Below, piece after piece: positions 37,148 through 47,173 of a stretch of DNA of 64,000 nt (position 1 is its first letter; each line of letters starts with the position of its first letter). The stretch comes from a virus (lineage: Duplodnaviria > Caudoviricetes): IMG/VR virus record IMGVR_UViG_3300005937_000010, positions 8,089-72,088 of that record; one strand, given 5' to 3'. A model generated the notes under the pieces. The model had not been told where the DNA came from. It saw only the letters and a program-made list of their open reading frames with translations, and made no database searches. The position numbers and the translations under genes are program-made.

Positions 37148-37961
37148 CGCTCACGCATTCGATGTCCGGCAGTTCGTCCTTGGAGTCGTACCACCGCAGT
37201 GTGCGCAGGCGGCGCTGTACGTCGCCCACGTACCCGTCCAGGGGCACGGCTGTCTCGTGTAGGGCCAGCGGGTTGCCACCGCTTGACGGCCCTGCCTTGT
37301 TCTCGCAGACAAGTAGAGCCTCCTTGATGCCAAGATCGAGCACGACATTGGCCAGGTCTGAGTAGCCAACGATCTGCCGTTGGTAGCGCAATGGCGCTCC
37401 GTTCTTGACAGTGCGTTGGAAGTCGATCTGATTGATGCCCTTGAAGTCCACCACCACGGGGTGCTGCTTGCGTGGCAGCTTGGCAATCACGTCGATTGTC
37501 CCACCCAGGTCGCCGTCCACCACCCGTACCTCGACGGCCGGACGCATCCCGTTGAAGAACATCGGATGCCGGATGTCCAGATCGTCGGCCGGTACCATGA
37601 CAAGCTCAAGTAGCTCCGCGCGATGCGCCTTCCACATGGCGAACTGCCACTTGAAGTGCTTGAAGTTACCTTCCAGGAAGTAACCGTTGGAACGCGGGTT
37701 CTCGATCAGGTGCTTCTCCTCCCCGCGTTTCCCGAAGTACGCTTGGCGTGTGCAAGTGCCAAGCTGCGACGGAGAGAAGACGCCCGTCTGCCGCTTCACC
37801 GCTCGCACTCGCACAAGCATGTCCAGGAAGGCGAAGTCCGCCTCGTCCTCCGGAATGACCTCGTGCTCCATGAGCTTCTCCAGGATGGGTACCAAGATCA
37901 TCCCGGACTTCTTGGAGCGGCGTGCCTCCAGGATCCGGCGCTCAGTCGATGTCGGTGACAT
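37014..37961 (-). CDS. Cas4-like PD-(D/E)XK exonuclease
   Basis: SPSQLGTC, GTIDV, VDFKG, QxxxY, C-terminal ECPFNRFC. Confidence 0.75.
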   Translation of the reverse strand: MSPTSTERRILEARRSKKSGMILVPILEKLMEHEVIPEDEADFAFLDMLVRVRAVKRQTGVFSPSQLGTCTRQAYFGKRGEEKHLIENPRSNGYFLEGNFKHFKWQFAMWKAHRAELLELVMVPADDLDIRHPMFFNGMRPAVEVRVVDGDLGGTIDVIAKLPRKQHPVVVDFKGINQIDFQRTVKNGAPLRYQRQIVGYSDLANVVLDLGIKEALLVCENKAGPSSGGNPLALHETAVPLDGYVGDVQRRLRTLRWYDSKDELPDIECVSVAHMQYQECPFNRFCHEEVLAAQRQAEARAKKRAVRRQVARPGR

Positions 37962-38298
37962 GAGCCATCATTGCCAAGTAGTCTTCCTCCAGCATGACGC
38001 AGAGCCGTGGCGTGTCAGGGAGCGTGATGCGCATACGTGGGCGCAGGCCAGGCGGCGTCATCGCCGCCTCCATGCTGATCTTGCGCCACTGCTCCACCGT
38101 AAGCGTGTACGACTTGTGATCCGTGAACTTGTCATCCACGAGAAAGCCGTTCTCGATCACGTCACCCTTGCGCCCAGGGAAGGCACCGGAGGCCGGTTGC
38201 TGCCTGCCGCCCGTGGAGCGGGCAAGCTGGCGCTCGCTACGCTGCGCTCGCCTGCTCGCGGTCGCGCGATGCCACGGTGTCTGTGGTACGTCTTCCAT
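37942..38298 (-). CDS. Hjc-like PD-(D/E)XK nuclease
   Basis: PASGA...KGDV...LVDDKFT..SY. Confidence 0.6.
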   Translation of the reverse strand: MEDVPQTPWHRATASRRAQRSERQLARSTGGRQQPASGAFPGRKGDVIENGFLVDDKFTDHKSYTLTVEQWRKISMEAAMTPPGLRPRMRITLPDTPRLCVMLEEDYLAMMAHVTDID

Positions 38299-38536
38299 TC
38301 GTCCCGCCTTTCCTTGTCTTCCGCTTATCCCACTTGCCAAGCTGTAGCAGCCATCTTGCACAGCACTGCCCCACATCCATCGACGCCGTATAGTTGGAGT
38401 GCCGGTGCCGCTGGTTCTCCTTTGTGGGCTGCGCTGGCGTCATGTACAACTTGGCAGCCAGAGGATTGCCTTCGTCAATCACCTTCTGGCAGTGGTCGCA
38501 TGTGCGTTGCCCCCTAGCCACTTTCCCCCTCTGCAA
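38237..38536 (-). CDS. Small Zn-binding protein
   Basis: CDHC and QCC. Confidence 0.5.
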   Translation of the reverse strand: MQRGKVARGQRTCDHCQKVIDEGNPLAAKLYMTPAQPTKENQRHRHSNYTASMDVGQCCARWLLQLGKWDKRKTRKGGTNGRRTTDTVASRDREQASAA

Positions 38537-39602
38537 GTAGCTCCGTCTTTGCCTCGATCAGCGCCTCCAGATTAGCGCGTAGCTCATCGTCCTCCATGAT
38601 GGCTGTCGCCAGTTGCCGGACGCCGTTGTACTTCTTGGTAGGGAAGCCCTCGACTGTGAACTGGAACATGGTCTTGTTCGGACGCTCGATCAGCCCATCC
38701 TCCATGCCAAGGTCGATTATCTCCCGACCCCTGTCGTACTGTCCTAGCTCGTGATCGAGCATGAGCGTGGCGCTCGACTCCGGCACGCCGCCCGTCTTCT
38801 CCTTCTTGAGAGTGACAAGCACCCACTGGCCGATCTTCACCTTGCGATGCGTGAACTGCGCCTTGTGGACGACCTCCCTGTCCAATGTCTCTGCCTCGGT
38901 CTTCTTCAACTCCACCATCGTGCTGGCGTAGAAGCCCAGGGAGCGCCCGCCTGGCGTGCTCTGCAAGCCGGGGATGCGCCCGATCTTGTCACGCCACTGG
39001 TTCGTCCAGATGAACGCCGTCTTGTCGTTCTGGCTTGTCACTCTGCGCAGGAGCATCGACATCAACCGCGCCAGGCTGGCGACTCTCGCGTCACCTTCCT
39101 CAAAGTCGTGCTCCAACTCCTCCTCCGGGAGCATCGAGGCCACGCTGTCGATTCCCACGACATCCACGGCCGCAATCTCCTCGTCCTTCTGGACGAACAA
39201 CTGCAACACCTTGGCAAGCTGGTTGGCTGTGCGCGGCCGATACTTGAGCAACCCCTCGGCGTCACCGCCAAGCTGGACGAACCACGCCTCATCGAAGATG
39301 CCCTCTCCGTCCACGATGGCGCAGACCTCGCCACGTTGCTGCGCAGCGATCAGCGTCATGTAGACGAGGAGTGACTTGCCAACCTGCCAGTCTCCATAGA
39401 TCACGGTGTGCCGACCACGGGAGATGCCGCCGCGCAGAAGGCGATCAAGTGCCAAGCTGCCGGTGGTGATTTTCTGGATCTGGAAACTCGGATCGGAGCC
39501 GAAGCGGATGAGGTTCTCACCCATCTGCTGGTTGACACGGGCTGCAACGCGCTGTGCGGCCATGTGAGGCGATCTGAGCGTTGCCCCTGTCTTCCTAGCC
39601 AT
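38514..39602 (-). CDS. recA: RecA/UvsX-like recombinase
   Basis: TTGSLALD, Walker A GDWQVGKS, IDSVASM, NQWRDKIG, STPGGRSLGFYAS. Confidence 0.9.
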   Translation of the reverse strand: MARKTGATLRSPHMAAQRVAARVNQQMGENLIRFGSDPSFQIQKITTGSLALDRLLRGGISRGRHTVIYGDWQVGKSLLVYMTLIAAQQRGEVCAIVDGEGIFDEAWFVQLGGDAEGLLKYRPRTANQLAKVLQLFVQKDEEIAAVDVVGIDSVASMLPEEELEHDFEEGDARVASLARLMSMLLRRVTSQNDKTAFIWTNQWRDKIGRIPGLQSTPGGRSLGFYASTMVELKKTEAETLDREVVHKAQFTHRKVKIGQWVLVTLKKEKTGGVPESSATLMLDHELGQYDRGREIIDLGMEDGLIERPNKTMFQFTVEGFPTKKYNGVRQLATAIMEDDELRANLEALIEAKTELLAEGESG

Positions 39603-40038
39603 TGGGCTGTTCCGGGCCGTCCTGGAGCCTGTCAGCGTCTTCTGGCGGTACCTCCGGTTCCATGTTCGCTTCCGACCTCTGCGCGTAGACGAGGTTGCCG
39701 TCTGTGTACGCATCGTCGCTGATCGCGTACTCCATCGGGTTGAGCTTGATGACGTACTGGCGGGGATCCTGCGAGTTGCCGAAGTACAGGAGCGTGGCCG
39801 GGTTGCCGCCGACCGTCTCCTGAGCGCCAAGCACCGTCAGCGTGAGCGACTGACCGACTAGCTCCTCCGGCGGCTTGGCAACCTCCGTGTCGAAGTTGAC
39901 GATCATCCCGCCGCCCTCAAACTTGACGGCCCACTCGCCCTCGGACGGATGGCCGGACGTGTCCAGGATTTCCTCCACGCTGCGACCGTGGAAATGATCC
40001 ACACTGACCGGGCCGTAGCTCTCCATCGACTGACTCAT
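39595..40038 (-). CDS. Hypothetical protein
   Basis: AAGGAGG RBS, acidic. Confidence 0.6.
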   Translation of the reverse strand: MSQSMESYGPVSVDHFHGRSVEEILDTSGHPSEGEWAVKFEGGGMIVNFDTEVAKPPEELVGQSLTLTVLGAQETVGGNPATLLYFGNSQDPRQYVIKLNPMEYAISDDAYTDGNLVYAQRSEANMEPEVPPEDADRLQDGPEQPNG

Positions 40039-40421
40039 GCTGCCTCCTTTACGAACCGACGCCGATAGTTCGGATTCGGATGGTAACTGGCAAGAATCTG
40101 ATCTAGCTTCGCAAGCTTGGCAGACGATTGTATCGGCACAAGCTCACGAATCATCTCAAAGCCTTCCTTACGAGTGATGAAGACTTGAGTCAGCGGCTTC
40201 CATTCTGGCCTCTCAGCGTTCTCCCGCGAATGAATCCAGTACGGAATACCAAGTTCCATCAGGCAGGCAACACAAGCCACGATGATGTCCATGTCTGTAT
40301 TGCCGATGGAAACCTGTCGGTTGGCTGCACGTCGTCCATCAGCGGGATGCTTACACATACTGACAGTGCCTTCACCGTCAATCATCGCTGCCAAGTAAGT
40401 GGCTGCAAACTCAGGTGTCAT
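40035..40421 (-). CDS. Free-standing LAGLIDADG homing endonuclease-like protein
   Basis: YLAAMIDGEGTV motif; SIGNTD. Confidence 0.8.
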   Translation of the reverse strand: MTPEFAATYLAAMIDGEGTVSMCKHPADGRRAANRQVSIGNTDMDIIVACVACLMELGIPYWIHSRENAERPEWKPLTQVFITRKEGFEMIRELVPIQSSAKLAKLDQILASYHPNPNYRRRFVKEAA

Positions 40422-40557
40422 GGCCAGCCAGCTTCGCAATCAGATCACGGATACGCTTGGCTACTTCCTTGTCAATCTTCGGCTCGTCGTCAACACTTCC
40501 GACCTTGGAGTCGAGGTAGCCAAGCGCGTACGCAATCTCTGACTCCATGCTTGTCAT
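40411..40557 (-). CDS. Hypothetical protein
   Basis: GGAGG RBS. Confidence 0.45.
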   Translation of the reverse strand: MTSMESEIAYALGYLDSKVGSVDDEPKIDKEVAKRIRDLIAKLAGHDT

Positions 40558-40565
40558 GCTGCCTC

Positions 40566-40835
40566 CTAGTCGGGGAGCTTGATGCGGTCGGCGTTGACGG
40601 TCTGCCAATCAAGGATGCGCTGGACGTGCTCGTCCAGGTTTGCCAGCCATTCGGACGGCGGCGCGTCTCCGTCGCCTAGAGCCTGCAAGCGCAGGTTGCG
40701 GTAGCGTGCCAAGAGTGGCACGAGCAGGCTATCCTGCGCACGGAACAGGAAGATCGGCTCATCGCTGCCGTTGAGCGGGTGAGCCTCGCTGTCGTTCTCG
40801 ATGGTGATTTCACCGTACTTGTCATCGTGTGCCAT
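40566..40835 (-). CDS. Phage hypothetical protein
   Basis: DEPIFLFRAQD motif. Confidence 0.6.
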   Translation of the reverse strand: MAHDDKYGEITIENDSEAHPLNGSDEPIFLFRAQDSLLVPLLARYRNLRLQALGDGDAPPSEWLANLDEHVQRILDWQTVNADRIKLPD

Positions 40836-40836
40836 G

Positions 40837-43800
40837 TCATCTCCTCATCGTGTTCTTCTCTCGGGCATATCTGACTACCTTCTTGGCAGTGTCCTCGTCT
40901 ACGTGCCACATCTGCGGGTTCTGATCCTCTGCTCCGACGACGCCCCACAGCTTGAAGCCGGTGTTGGCACCGCGCACGAAGGGCATGGCCACCTGACCCT
41001 CTGCGGTAACGACTGCGCCGGGTGATTCTGCCAAGGTGCGGATCAGCTTGGACTCCGCTGCCTTCTCCTCCGGCACCCGCAAGTCGAAGGGGATCCCGTT
41101 CTCGTCCACGACCGTGAGCAAGTGCGCGTTGTACGCGCCGGTTGCAGACGACTTGGTAGCGAAGCTGATCTTGGACGGGATCCAAAACATCTTGGCGCAG
41201 AACGCCTTGCCCTCGGTGATGTTGACGCCGCGCTGCAAGCCCAGGTACTTCCACTTCCCGACCTTGGCACGTATCGACGGCTTGAGGCCGCGCATCGCTC
41301 GTGGCATGTTGATGCAGAAGCCGAGAATCTCGTACTCTGCGTCATCGCTGTCCTCGCCTGCGACTCCGAGGCTCTCCATGCCACCGATCCTGCCAAGGTT
41401 GGTGCGCACAGTGATGTCCACTGCGTTGCTGGCAGTGCGCTCTTGCAGATCGTCCTCGCTCGTGAACGGCTGGTTGCGCACGATGCTGTTGGCAGCCACC
41501 GGCCCGATGTCACGGACACGCAGGAGGCCGACGCGAATAGCCTGGCCATCGCTGCCCTTCGTGAAGCCGCCGTGCGACGTGTTCACATCCGGCGGCTCAA
41601 AGCGGAAGCCCTCACCGATGGCGGCTGCCAAGTAGCGAGGGTTCTTCGGGTACCTGTCGAGCAGAGAGACGAAGAACTCCTGGCCGTGATGCGCTGCCAG
41701 GTAGGCGTTCTTCTTTCCCAGGATGGAGTAGCTCGTGGCATGCCCACGGTTGAACGTGTAGCCCTGGAGCTTCTCCCACTCTGCCCACACTTCGTCGGCC
41801 TCGCCCTGCTCCCACAGCTTGTCAGCGTACTTGCGGTACGTCGGCTCAAACTCCTCAAACAACTGGCGCGCTCCACGGCCTGCACCCTTGGCGGTCTTGA
41901 TCGCCTTATAGAGCTTGTCAATCTCCTCGCCGGTCATCCCCATCCCCTTGCCCATCTCCATGATCTGCTCCTGGTAGATGGCGATGCCGTACGTCTCGTC
42001 CAGGTACGAGGCCACCATCTCGTTCGTGCTGGCCCAGTCCTCCCGCCCGTGCTTGCGATTGACGAAGTGCTTGTCCAGCCCTGTGCGCGTCCCTGACGGC
42101 CGGTAGAGGGCATTGACGGCGACTAGCTCGTGGTCGCTCTCAGGCACGACCTCGATCAGACCACGGCGCTGCGTGGCTCCCTGGAAGGTATGCACCCCCT
42201 CAGTGCGTCCTTCCTGGAGGAGCTTGTACGTCGCCTCGTCCTTGGCATCGTAGATCCCAGGCTCCGTCGCCATGATCGCATCAAGCCAGTCCATGTCCTT
42301 GCCAAGCTGCCTGGCGATGTTGTGCATGATCGAGAGTGTGTCCAGCCGGAGCAAGTCCAGCTTGAGGAAGCCCATCTCCTCGATCCACTTCATGTTGAAC
42401 TGCGTGACCATTGCGTTGCTGGAGCCGATCCGGTACATCGGCACCCACTCGCTCAGCTTACGCTCCGGCGTACCGATGGCCAGGGCGCAGGCGTGCTGCG
42501 ACACGCCACCGATCTGATCGAAGACCTGGCTGGCCTCTCCGTGGATGTCGATGCCAAGCTCCTCAAGCAGCCGCTCGTACGCATCCTCGTCCTCGGCCAC
42601 CGAATCAGAGTCCGACTGGCTTGGCAGGAGCTTCGTGTACTCGCTGATCTTCTCCTCCGGGACGCCATGCGCCTCCGCGATCAGGCGGAAGGCCGCACGG
42701 TTCTGGAGCGTGGTGAAGTTGCAGATCGGCACGACCTCCTGGCCAAGCTCAGCCATGTACTCCGTGACCATCTTCACCACGTCCTTGCGGCGGTGGCCCT
42801 CGATGTCGATGTCCACGTCCGGGAACTTGGCAGAGGCCGGGTTGACGAAGCGCTCAAACATGAGCTTGTAGTGGATGGGATCAATCTCGGTGATGCGCAG
42901 GCAGAAGTTGACAAGACTGTTCGCAGCGGAGCCGCGCGTCCAGGTGTACGTGCCACTGTCCCGGCACAGCCGGATGATGTCGGCGTAGATCAGGAGGTAG
43001 TGCCCGAACTGCGACATCGCCTCTAGCTCGTAGTCGAAGCGCTCCTGCGCTGCCGTGCCGTACTTGGCAACCATCGACTTGAGCCTCGGCTTCGCACGCC
43101 GTCTGATTTCTGCCACCGGATCGGAGTACGGCGACCTTGGCAGTGCGTACGAGAAGTTGTCCAGAGGATCCAGCTTGATGTCGGCCTCGTCCACGATGGC
43201 CTGGATCGACTCGATGGACTCCTTGGCAGCCCACGGCGGCAGCGTCTCGGCCAGCCGCTCCATCGACTGCATGTAGTTCGTCCAGTACCCGTACTGCGCT
43301 GCGTACCCGGTCGCCACGTCCTGCGTGGAGCGGGCACGGTAGTTGTCCTGCTTGCTGTGATCCTTGCGCGCCAGCATGCCAAGGTGAGCGGCGCGCTGGC
43401 GGGGGTGCTGGTAGTGCGAGTCGTTCGTGATGATGACCGGGATGCCGAGAGTAGCTGCCAAGCCGAGAAGGCGCTCACGCACGGCGTTCTGATCCTCCAC
43501 GAAGTTCTCGTAGTGAGCGAATCCCTGGCCGAGAAACTTGTCAGCCCCGTGGTTCTGTAGCTCCACGTAGAAGTTGGGGAACACCGCCTGCATCGACTCC
43601 AGGTAGGAGGCGGCGGCGTAGTCGGCTGCCTCGTTCTCGTGGACTAGACACTGGCAAAGCTCCCCACCCATGCAACCTGACAAGATGACGTTGTGGCTCA
43701 GGTTGTATGGAGCCAGGTCGATCATGCGCTCGATGGAGATGCGCGGCCCGTTGTAGTACAGCGGCCTCTCCATGCTGGCGCTCACCCAGGCCACGAGATT

Positions 43801-44100
43801 CTTGTAGCCCTCGGTTGAGAGTGCCAAGACGGTCAGGTGACGGCGCTCCTTGAGCACGTCCTTGTTCCCGTCTACGAGGTAGTCCTCCGGGGTGACATAC
43901 ATCTCGCATCCGAGGATCGGCTTGATCCCCGCCTTGGTAGCCTCCGCATACAAAGCCGGAGCGCTGCCAAGCCACCCGTGTTCGGTGAGCGAGACAGCGC
44001 TCCAGCCCAGTTCCTTCGCCCGACTCACCACGTTTGCAGGACTGGAGAATCCATCCCACGTCGAGTAGCCGGAGTGGACATGGAAGTCGGGCGCGTTCAT
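40837..44100 (-). CDS. dnaE: DNA polymerase III alpha subunit (family C)
   Basis: PHP motif HVHSGYS..DG, TNDSHY, RGSAANSL, FERF, PDVDID, HACA, LKLDLL, YQEQIM, FNRGH. Confidence 0.95.
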   Translation of the reverse strand: MNAPDFHVHSGYSTWDGFSSPANVVSRAKELGWSAVSLTEHGWLGSAPALYAEATKAGIKPILGCEMYVTPEDYLVDGNKDVLKERRHLTVLALSTEGYKNLVAWVSASMERPLYYNGPRISIERMIDLAPYNLSHNVILSGCMGGELCQCLVHENEAADYAAASYLESMQAVFPNFYVELQNHGADKFLGQGFAHYENFVEDQNAVRERLLGLAATLGIPVIITNDSHYQHPRQRAAHLGMLARKDHSKQDNYRARSTQDVATGYAAQYGYWTNYMQSMERLAETLPPWAAKESIESIQAIVDEADIKLDPLDNFSYALPRSPYSDPVAEIRRRAKPRLKSMVAKYGTAAQERFDYELEAMSQFGHYLLIYADIIRLCRDSGTYTWTRGSAANSLVNFCLRITEIDPIHYKLMFERFVNPASAKFPDVDIDIEGHRRKDVVKMVTEYMAELGQEVVPICNFTTLQNRAAFRLIAEAHGVPEEKISEYTKLLPSQSDSDSVAEDEDAYERLLEELGIDIHGEASQVFDQIGGVSQHACALAIGTPERKLSEWVPMYRIGSSNAMVTQFNMKWIEEMGFLKLDLLRLDTLSIMHNIARQLGKDMDWLDAIMATEPGIYDAKDEATYKLLQEGRTEGVHTFQGATQRRGLIEVVPESDHELVAVNALYRPSGTRTGLDKHFVNRKHGREDWASTNEMVASYLDETYGIAIYQEQIMEMGKGMGMTGEEIDKLYKAIKTAKGAGRGARQLFEEFEPTYRKYADKLWEQGEADEVWAEWEKLQGYTFNRGHATSYSILGKKNAYLAAHHGQEFFVSLLDRYPKNPRYLAAAIGEGFRFEPPDVNTSHGGFTKGSDGQAIRVGLLRVRDIGPVAANSIVRNQPFTSEDDLQERTASNAVDITVRTNLGRIGGMESLGVAGEDSDDAEYEILGFCINMPRAMRGLKPSIRAKVGKWKYLGLQRGVNITEGKAFCAKMFWIPSKISFATKSSATGAYNAHLLTVVDENGIPFDLRVPEEKAAESKLIRTLAESPGAVVTAEGQVAMPFVRGANTGFKLWGVVGAEDQNPQMWHVDEDTAKKVVRYAREKNTMRR

Positions 44101-44103
44101 GTT

Positions 44104-44223
44104 CTACTTCTCCTCGTCGCCGTTGTCGTCGTCCGGCTCCGGCTCTGTCGGCTCCGGCTCCGGCTCTGGCGCTGTTGGTGTCGGTGTCTCTGCCACGTTC
44201 CCTCCTTTCGACTTGGTAGGCAT
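44104..44223 (-). CDS. Tiny acidic Pro/Glu-rich peptide
   Basis: EPEPEPTEPEPDDD; fills the HU-DnaE gap. Confidence 0.35.
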   Translation of the reverse strand: MPTKSKGGNVAETPTPTAPEPEPEPTEPEPDDDNGDEEK

Positions 44224-44627
44224 CAGGCTGCGGCCTTTCGCTTGGCCCTCGGCTTACCCGCCAACTGCTCGTGAAGCTCCTGCCCGACGTTGGTGCGCAG
44301 GCTCGGGAACTTGGCACTGAGCGACGGCGACTTCTTGATCTTGACCATGAACTTGTCAGGCTCATCGGCCCGGAGCGTCTTGGGTGGCTCATCGGGCTTG
44401 AAGGGGTTGCGGATCTGCGTACCCTTCTTCCGTCCCGCCTTGACCACCGGCTCAAAGGAACACAGGCCGGTGAGATTGACCTTGTACCCCTGGATGATGC
44501 AGTCCGTCACTTCGTCCTTCAACGCCGTGAGGAACTTTCTGATCTGCGACTCTGGCGTGCCAGGGAGCCGCAAACCAATCTCGTGGATCAGATCCCCTTC
44601 GTTCAGTGAGATTGGCCCCTTAGCCAT
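44223..44627 (-). CDS. HU/IHF-like DNA-binding protein
   Basis: KVNLTGLCSFE...RKKGTQIRNPF...VKIK. Confidence 0.8.
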   Translation of the reverse strand: MAKGPISLNEGDLIHEIGLRLPGTPESQIRKFLTALKDEVTDCIIQGYKVNLTGLCSFEPVVKAGRKKGTQIRNPFKPDEPPKTLRADEPDKFMVKIKKSPSLSAKFPSLRTNVGQELHEQLAGKPRAKRKAAA

Positions 44628-44656
44628 CTTGTCACTCTCGCTTCGTTTCGGGATGA

Positions 44657-44697
44657 TTCCGGGGCGGTAACGAGCGCCAACTCCCACCGCCCCGGAA
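44657..44697 (-). terminator. 12-bp stem-loop between SSB and HU genes
   Basis: TTCCGGGGCGGT...ACCGCCCCGGAA. Confidence 0.5.
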
Positions 44698-44707
44698 CTT
44701 GTCAGTC

Positions 44708-45985
44708 CTACTTGCCCTTGCCCCTCGCCGCACCCGCCGCAGCCGGGGTGCGCTTGCGCGTGGCAGGAGCAGCGGTCTTGCGACCCTTCGCCGGAGCCGG
44801 AGCCTCGTCTTCCTTGAGGGTCGGCACCTTGGTAGCCACCATGTCGCCCACGGTGTCCTTCTCCGCAGAGAGGATGATGACGCTGCCCTCCTCGTAGTCC
44901 GCGAAGTCCACCTTGCTGGCAGGCCCGCGATCCAGGAAGTAGAGCGTGAATGCCAAGTCCAACTCGTCAGACTTGACCTCCATCGTGCTGGAGCCTACGT
45001 CGATGCTGACGACTTCAAACTCCGCATCCTCCAACTCGTCAGGAAGCTCGTTGTCGGCAACCGGCTCCTCGTCCTCGTCCGGCTCCTCCTCGATGGTCGG
45101 CTCCGCGCTGAGCACGAAGTCGCCATCGGGATCGGACTCGTACGAGATGGTGAGCGCCTGTCCTTCCTCCAACGACTCCAGGGAGAAGGAGATGTCGGCG
45201 TTCGTCCAGACCTTGGCAGGCCCGTCGTAGTCGTCGCTCGTCACCATGACGAAGTTGCCGTCCTCGTCGGCCTCGTCCACGACGACATCCAGATCGTCGG
45301 CCTCGGTGGGCCACTCGTCCTGCGCCGACTTGCGCTTGCTATTCGTGCTGGCCTTGCCCTTGGCAGGCGTCGGCTCGTCGTCGTCGTCCATCGCGTTGAC
45401 GGCGCGAGCCACTGCCAAGCCTTCCATGGCCTTGTTGAGCCGGTTCGTGACCATGGTGTCGTAGTCCACGCCCGACGCCTTGAGCGTCTCCCTGACCGCC
45501 GTCTTCGTCATCGGCTTCTTCTGCTTGGCAGCCAGGAGGTAGTTGCCCCTGTCGTCCAGACGAGAGACGCGGAACTGCACGCCGATGGGTGACTCGTCCT
45601 CGGCGCGCATCTCCGTGATCTGCTTGATGACAAGACTGTTGGCCCGGAAGCTCCGAACCTCGCCCTCGCCACCGTTCAAGTCTGCGCCCTTCTCGTCCTT
45701 GACCACGAGCCAGGCGGTGTAGGCCACGTCCCGTGGCTTGTCACCGTCCTCGCACAGCGGGCAGTCGTCGCCAGCGCACGGGACGGAGCTACCGCCCTTG
45801 CCACTGGGAACCCAGTGCTGGAGGTACTCGTAGTACCCCTGCTCGTCCTTGGCAGGATCGCCGTCGAACAAGGCAAATCCGAGGAAGTTCTCCCCCTCTA
45901 CCAAGTCGATGAATCCGGCGCTGCCAGTCCTGCGGTCTTCCTCGTCACGGACGCGCTTCGGCGTCCATTGTCTCGCTCTCGGCAT
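44708..45985 (-). CDS. gp32-like single-stranded DNA-binding protein with long acidic extension
   Basis: QHWV...CAGDDCPLC zinc motif; located between primase and polymerase. Confidence 0.6.
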   Translation of the reverse strand: MPRARQWTPKRVRDEEDRRTGSAGFIDLVEGENFLGFALFDGDPAKDEQGYYEYLQHWVPSGKGGSSVPCAGDDCPLCEDGDKPRDVAYTAWLVVKDEKGADLNGGEGEVRSFRANSLVIKQITEMRAEDESPIGVQFRVSRLDDRGNYLLAAKQKKPMTKTAVRETLKASGVDYDTMVTNRLNKAMEGLAVARAVNAMDDDDEPTPAKGKASTNSKRKSAQDEWPTEADDLDVVVDEADEDGNFVMVTSDDYDGPAKVWTNADISFSLESLEEGQALTISYESDPDGDFVLSAEPTIEEEPDEDEEPVADNELPDELEDAEFEVVSIDVGSSTMEVKSDELDLAFTLYFLDRGPASKVDFADYEEGSVIILSAEKDTVGDMVATKVPTLKEDEAPAPAKGRKTAAPATRKRTPAAAGAARGKGK

Positions 45986-45989
45986 ATCT

Positions 45990-47006
45990 CTAACCTGCTT
46001 TCCTTGTCAGTCCCGCGTTTCGGGCTTTTTGCAAAAACACTGCCAAGGGGATTGCACGATCAATGCTGCGTTCGGCAAGCTCCCTCGTCATTTCGCCTGG
46101 ATCTGTCTTCCCACGCGAGTACCGACAAACGAACTGAGGCACTTTGTGGATGCGAGCTTGGCATTCCAGGATGTTCTCCAGTCCTGCGCTGTCCCTATCG
46201 AAGAACAGGTAGATGCGTTTCGGGCCTAGCTGGTCGATCACTTTCAACTGCTTCGTTGAGATGCCACTGCCAAGAATCGCCCCGGCTGTGTGAACGCCAA
46301 CTTGATGAAGCCGCACAACATCTAGCGGGCCTTCACACAGCACGAGGCCATGAGACTGTATCGACTCACGATCACACATGCAAGCGCCAAAGAGCAGGGA
46401 AGTCTTGATCGCTCCCTCTGTGTAGAGGTACTTCTGACGCTCCAGCCCGTCGATACGGCGGCGGATCAGGAAGCGGAACGTGCGGTGCAGATCGTATGCG
46501 GGGATAGTGATTCGCTCTGCATCCTCGTCCCAACCGATCTGCCACTTGCCACGGCTGTTCGCTTCGATCCCGCGTGTGTCGAGCCACTCTCGCGCCGACC
46601 TTGGCAGGTATGTGAACGCGCCACCATCTTGTGCTCGTTGATCCTGCGACACCGCATCGTCGTACCCGAAGGACTTGCGCACGCCGGGAGTGCCGAAGCT
46701 CTTTAGGTCGCCATCCCTGACAGCACGCGAATGCTTGAGGATGGCTTGCCTAGACTCCTTGGCAGTACAGCCGGTGATGACCTGGATCGCGTGCTCGTAG
46801 CTGCCGCTGATCCCGCACTTGGCAAAGCAGTGGACAAGCCCCTGCTTGGTATTCACCTGGAAGTGGCGCTTGAACGTGTCGTGCTTCGGATTCGGGCACA
46901 CCGTCTTCGGGAGGTACATGGGCGGTGGATGCTCGATCCCCGGCGGGATGTCGATGTACTGGCTCCAGAGTGCCAAGACATCAATGTACCGGCCAGCGAA
47001 GATCAC
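45990..47006 (-). CDS. DnaG-type primase
   Basis: CPNPKH...CFAKC Zn finger; LVLCEGPLDV and FFDRDSAG Toprim motifs. Confidence 0.85.
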   Translation of the reverse strand: MIFAGRYIDVLALWSQYIDIPPGIEHPPPMYLPKTVCPNPKHDTFKRHFQVNTKQGLVHCFAKCGISGSYEHAIQVITGCTAKESRQAILKHSRAVRDGDLKSFGTPGVRKSFGYDDAVSQDQRAQDGGAFTYLPRSAREWLDTRGIEANSRGKWQIGWDEDAERITIPAYDLHRTFRFLIRRRIDGLERQKYLYTEGAIKTSLLFGACMCDRESIQSHGLVLCEGPLDVVRLHQVGVHTAGAILGSGISTKQLKVIDQLGPKRIYLFFDRDSAGLENILECQARIHKVPQFVCRYSRGKTDPGEMTRELAERSIDRAIPLAVFLQKARNAGLTRKAG

Positions 47007-47173
47007 TCGTCGTCCTCGTCCGGCTTGTAGTGCTCCGAGTTGGCCCACATCTCCGCGTACACCATGTCGGGATCCTCGCCCTTGGCACAGCGCCGGAAGG
47101 CAAGGAGCAAGTCCATTCCGGAGATGACATGCCAACCCAGGTCGGCGTCTTCGGTTTCGATGTACTCACTCAT
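47003..47173 (-). CDS. Hypothetical protein
   Basis: TAATG and GTGA coupling. Confidence 0.45.
   Translation of the reverse strand: MSEYIETEDADLGWHVISGMDLLLAFRRCAKGEDPDMVYAEMWANSEHYKPDEDDE

Noticed and set aside
39595-40560. Intron or intein hosting the LAGLIDADG
   Set aside because: recA and dnaE are uninterrupted, and the flanking ORFs are complete and coupled.
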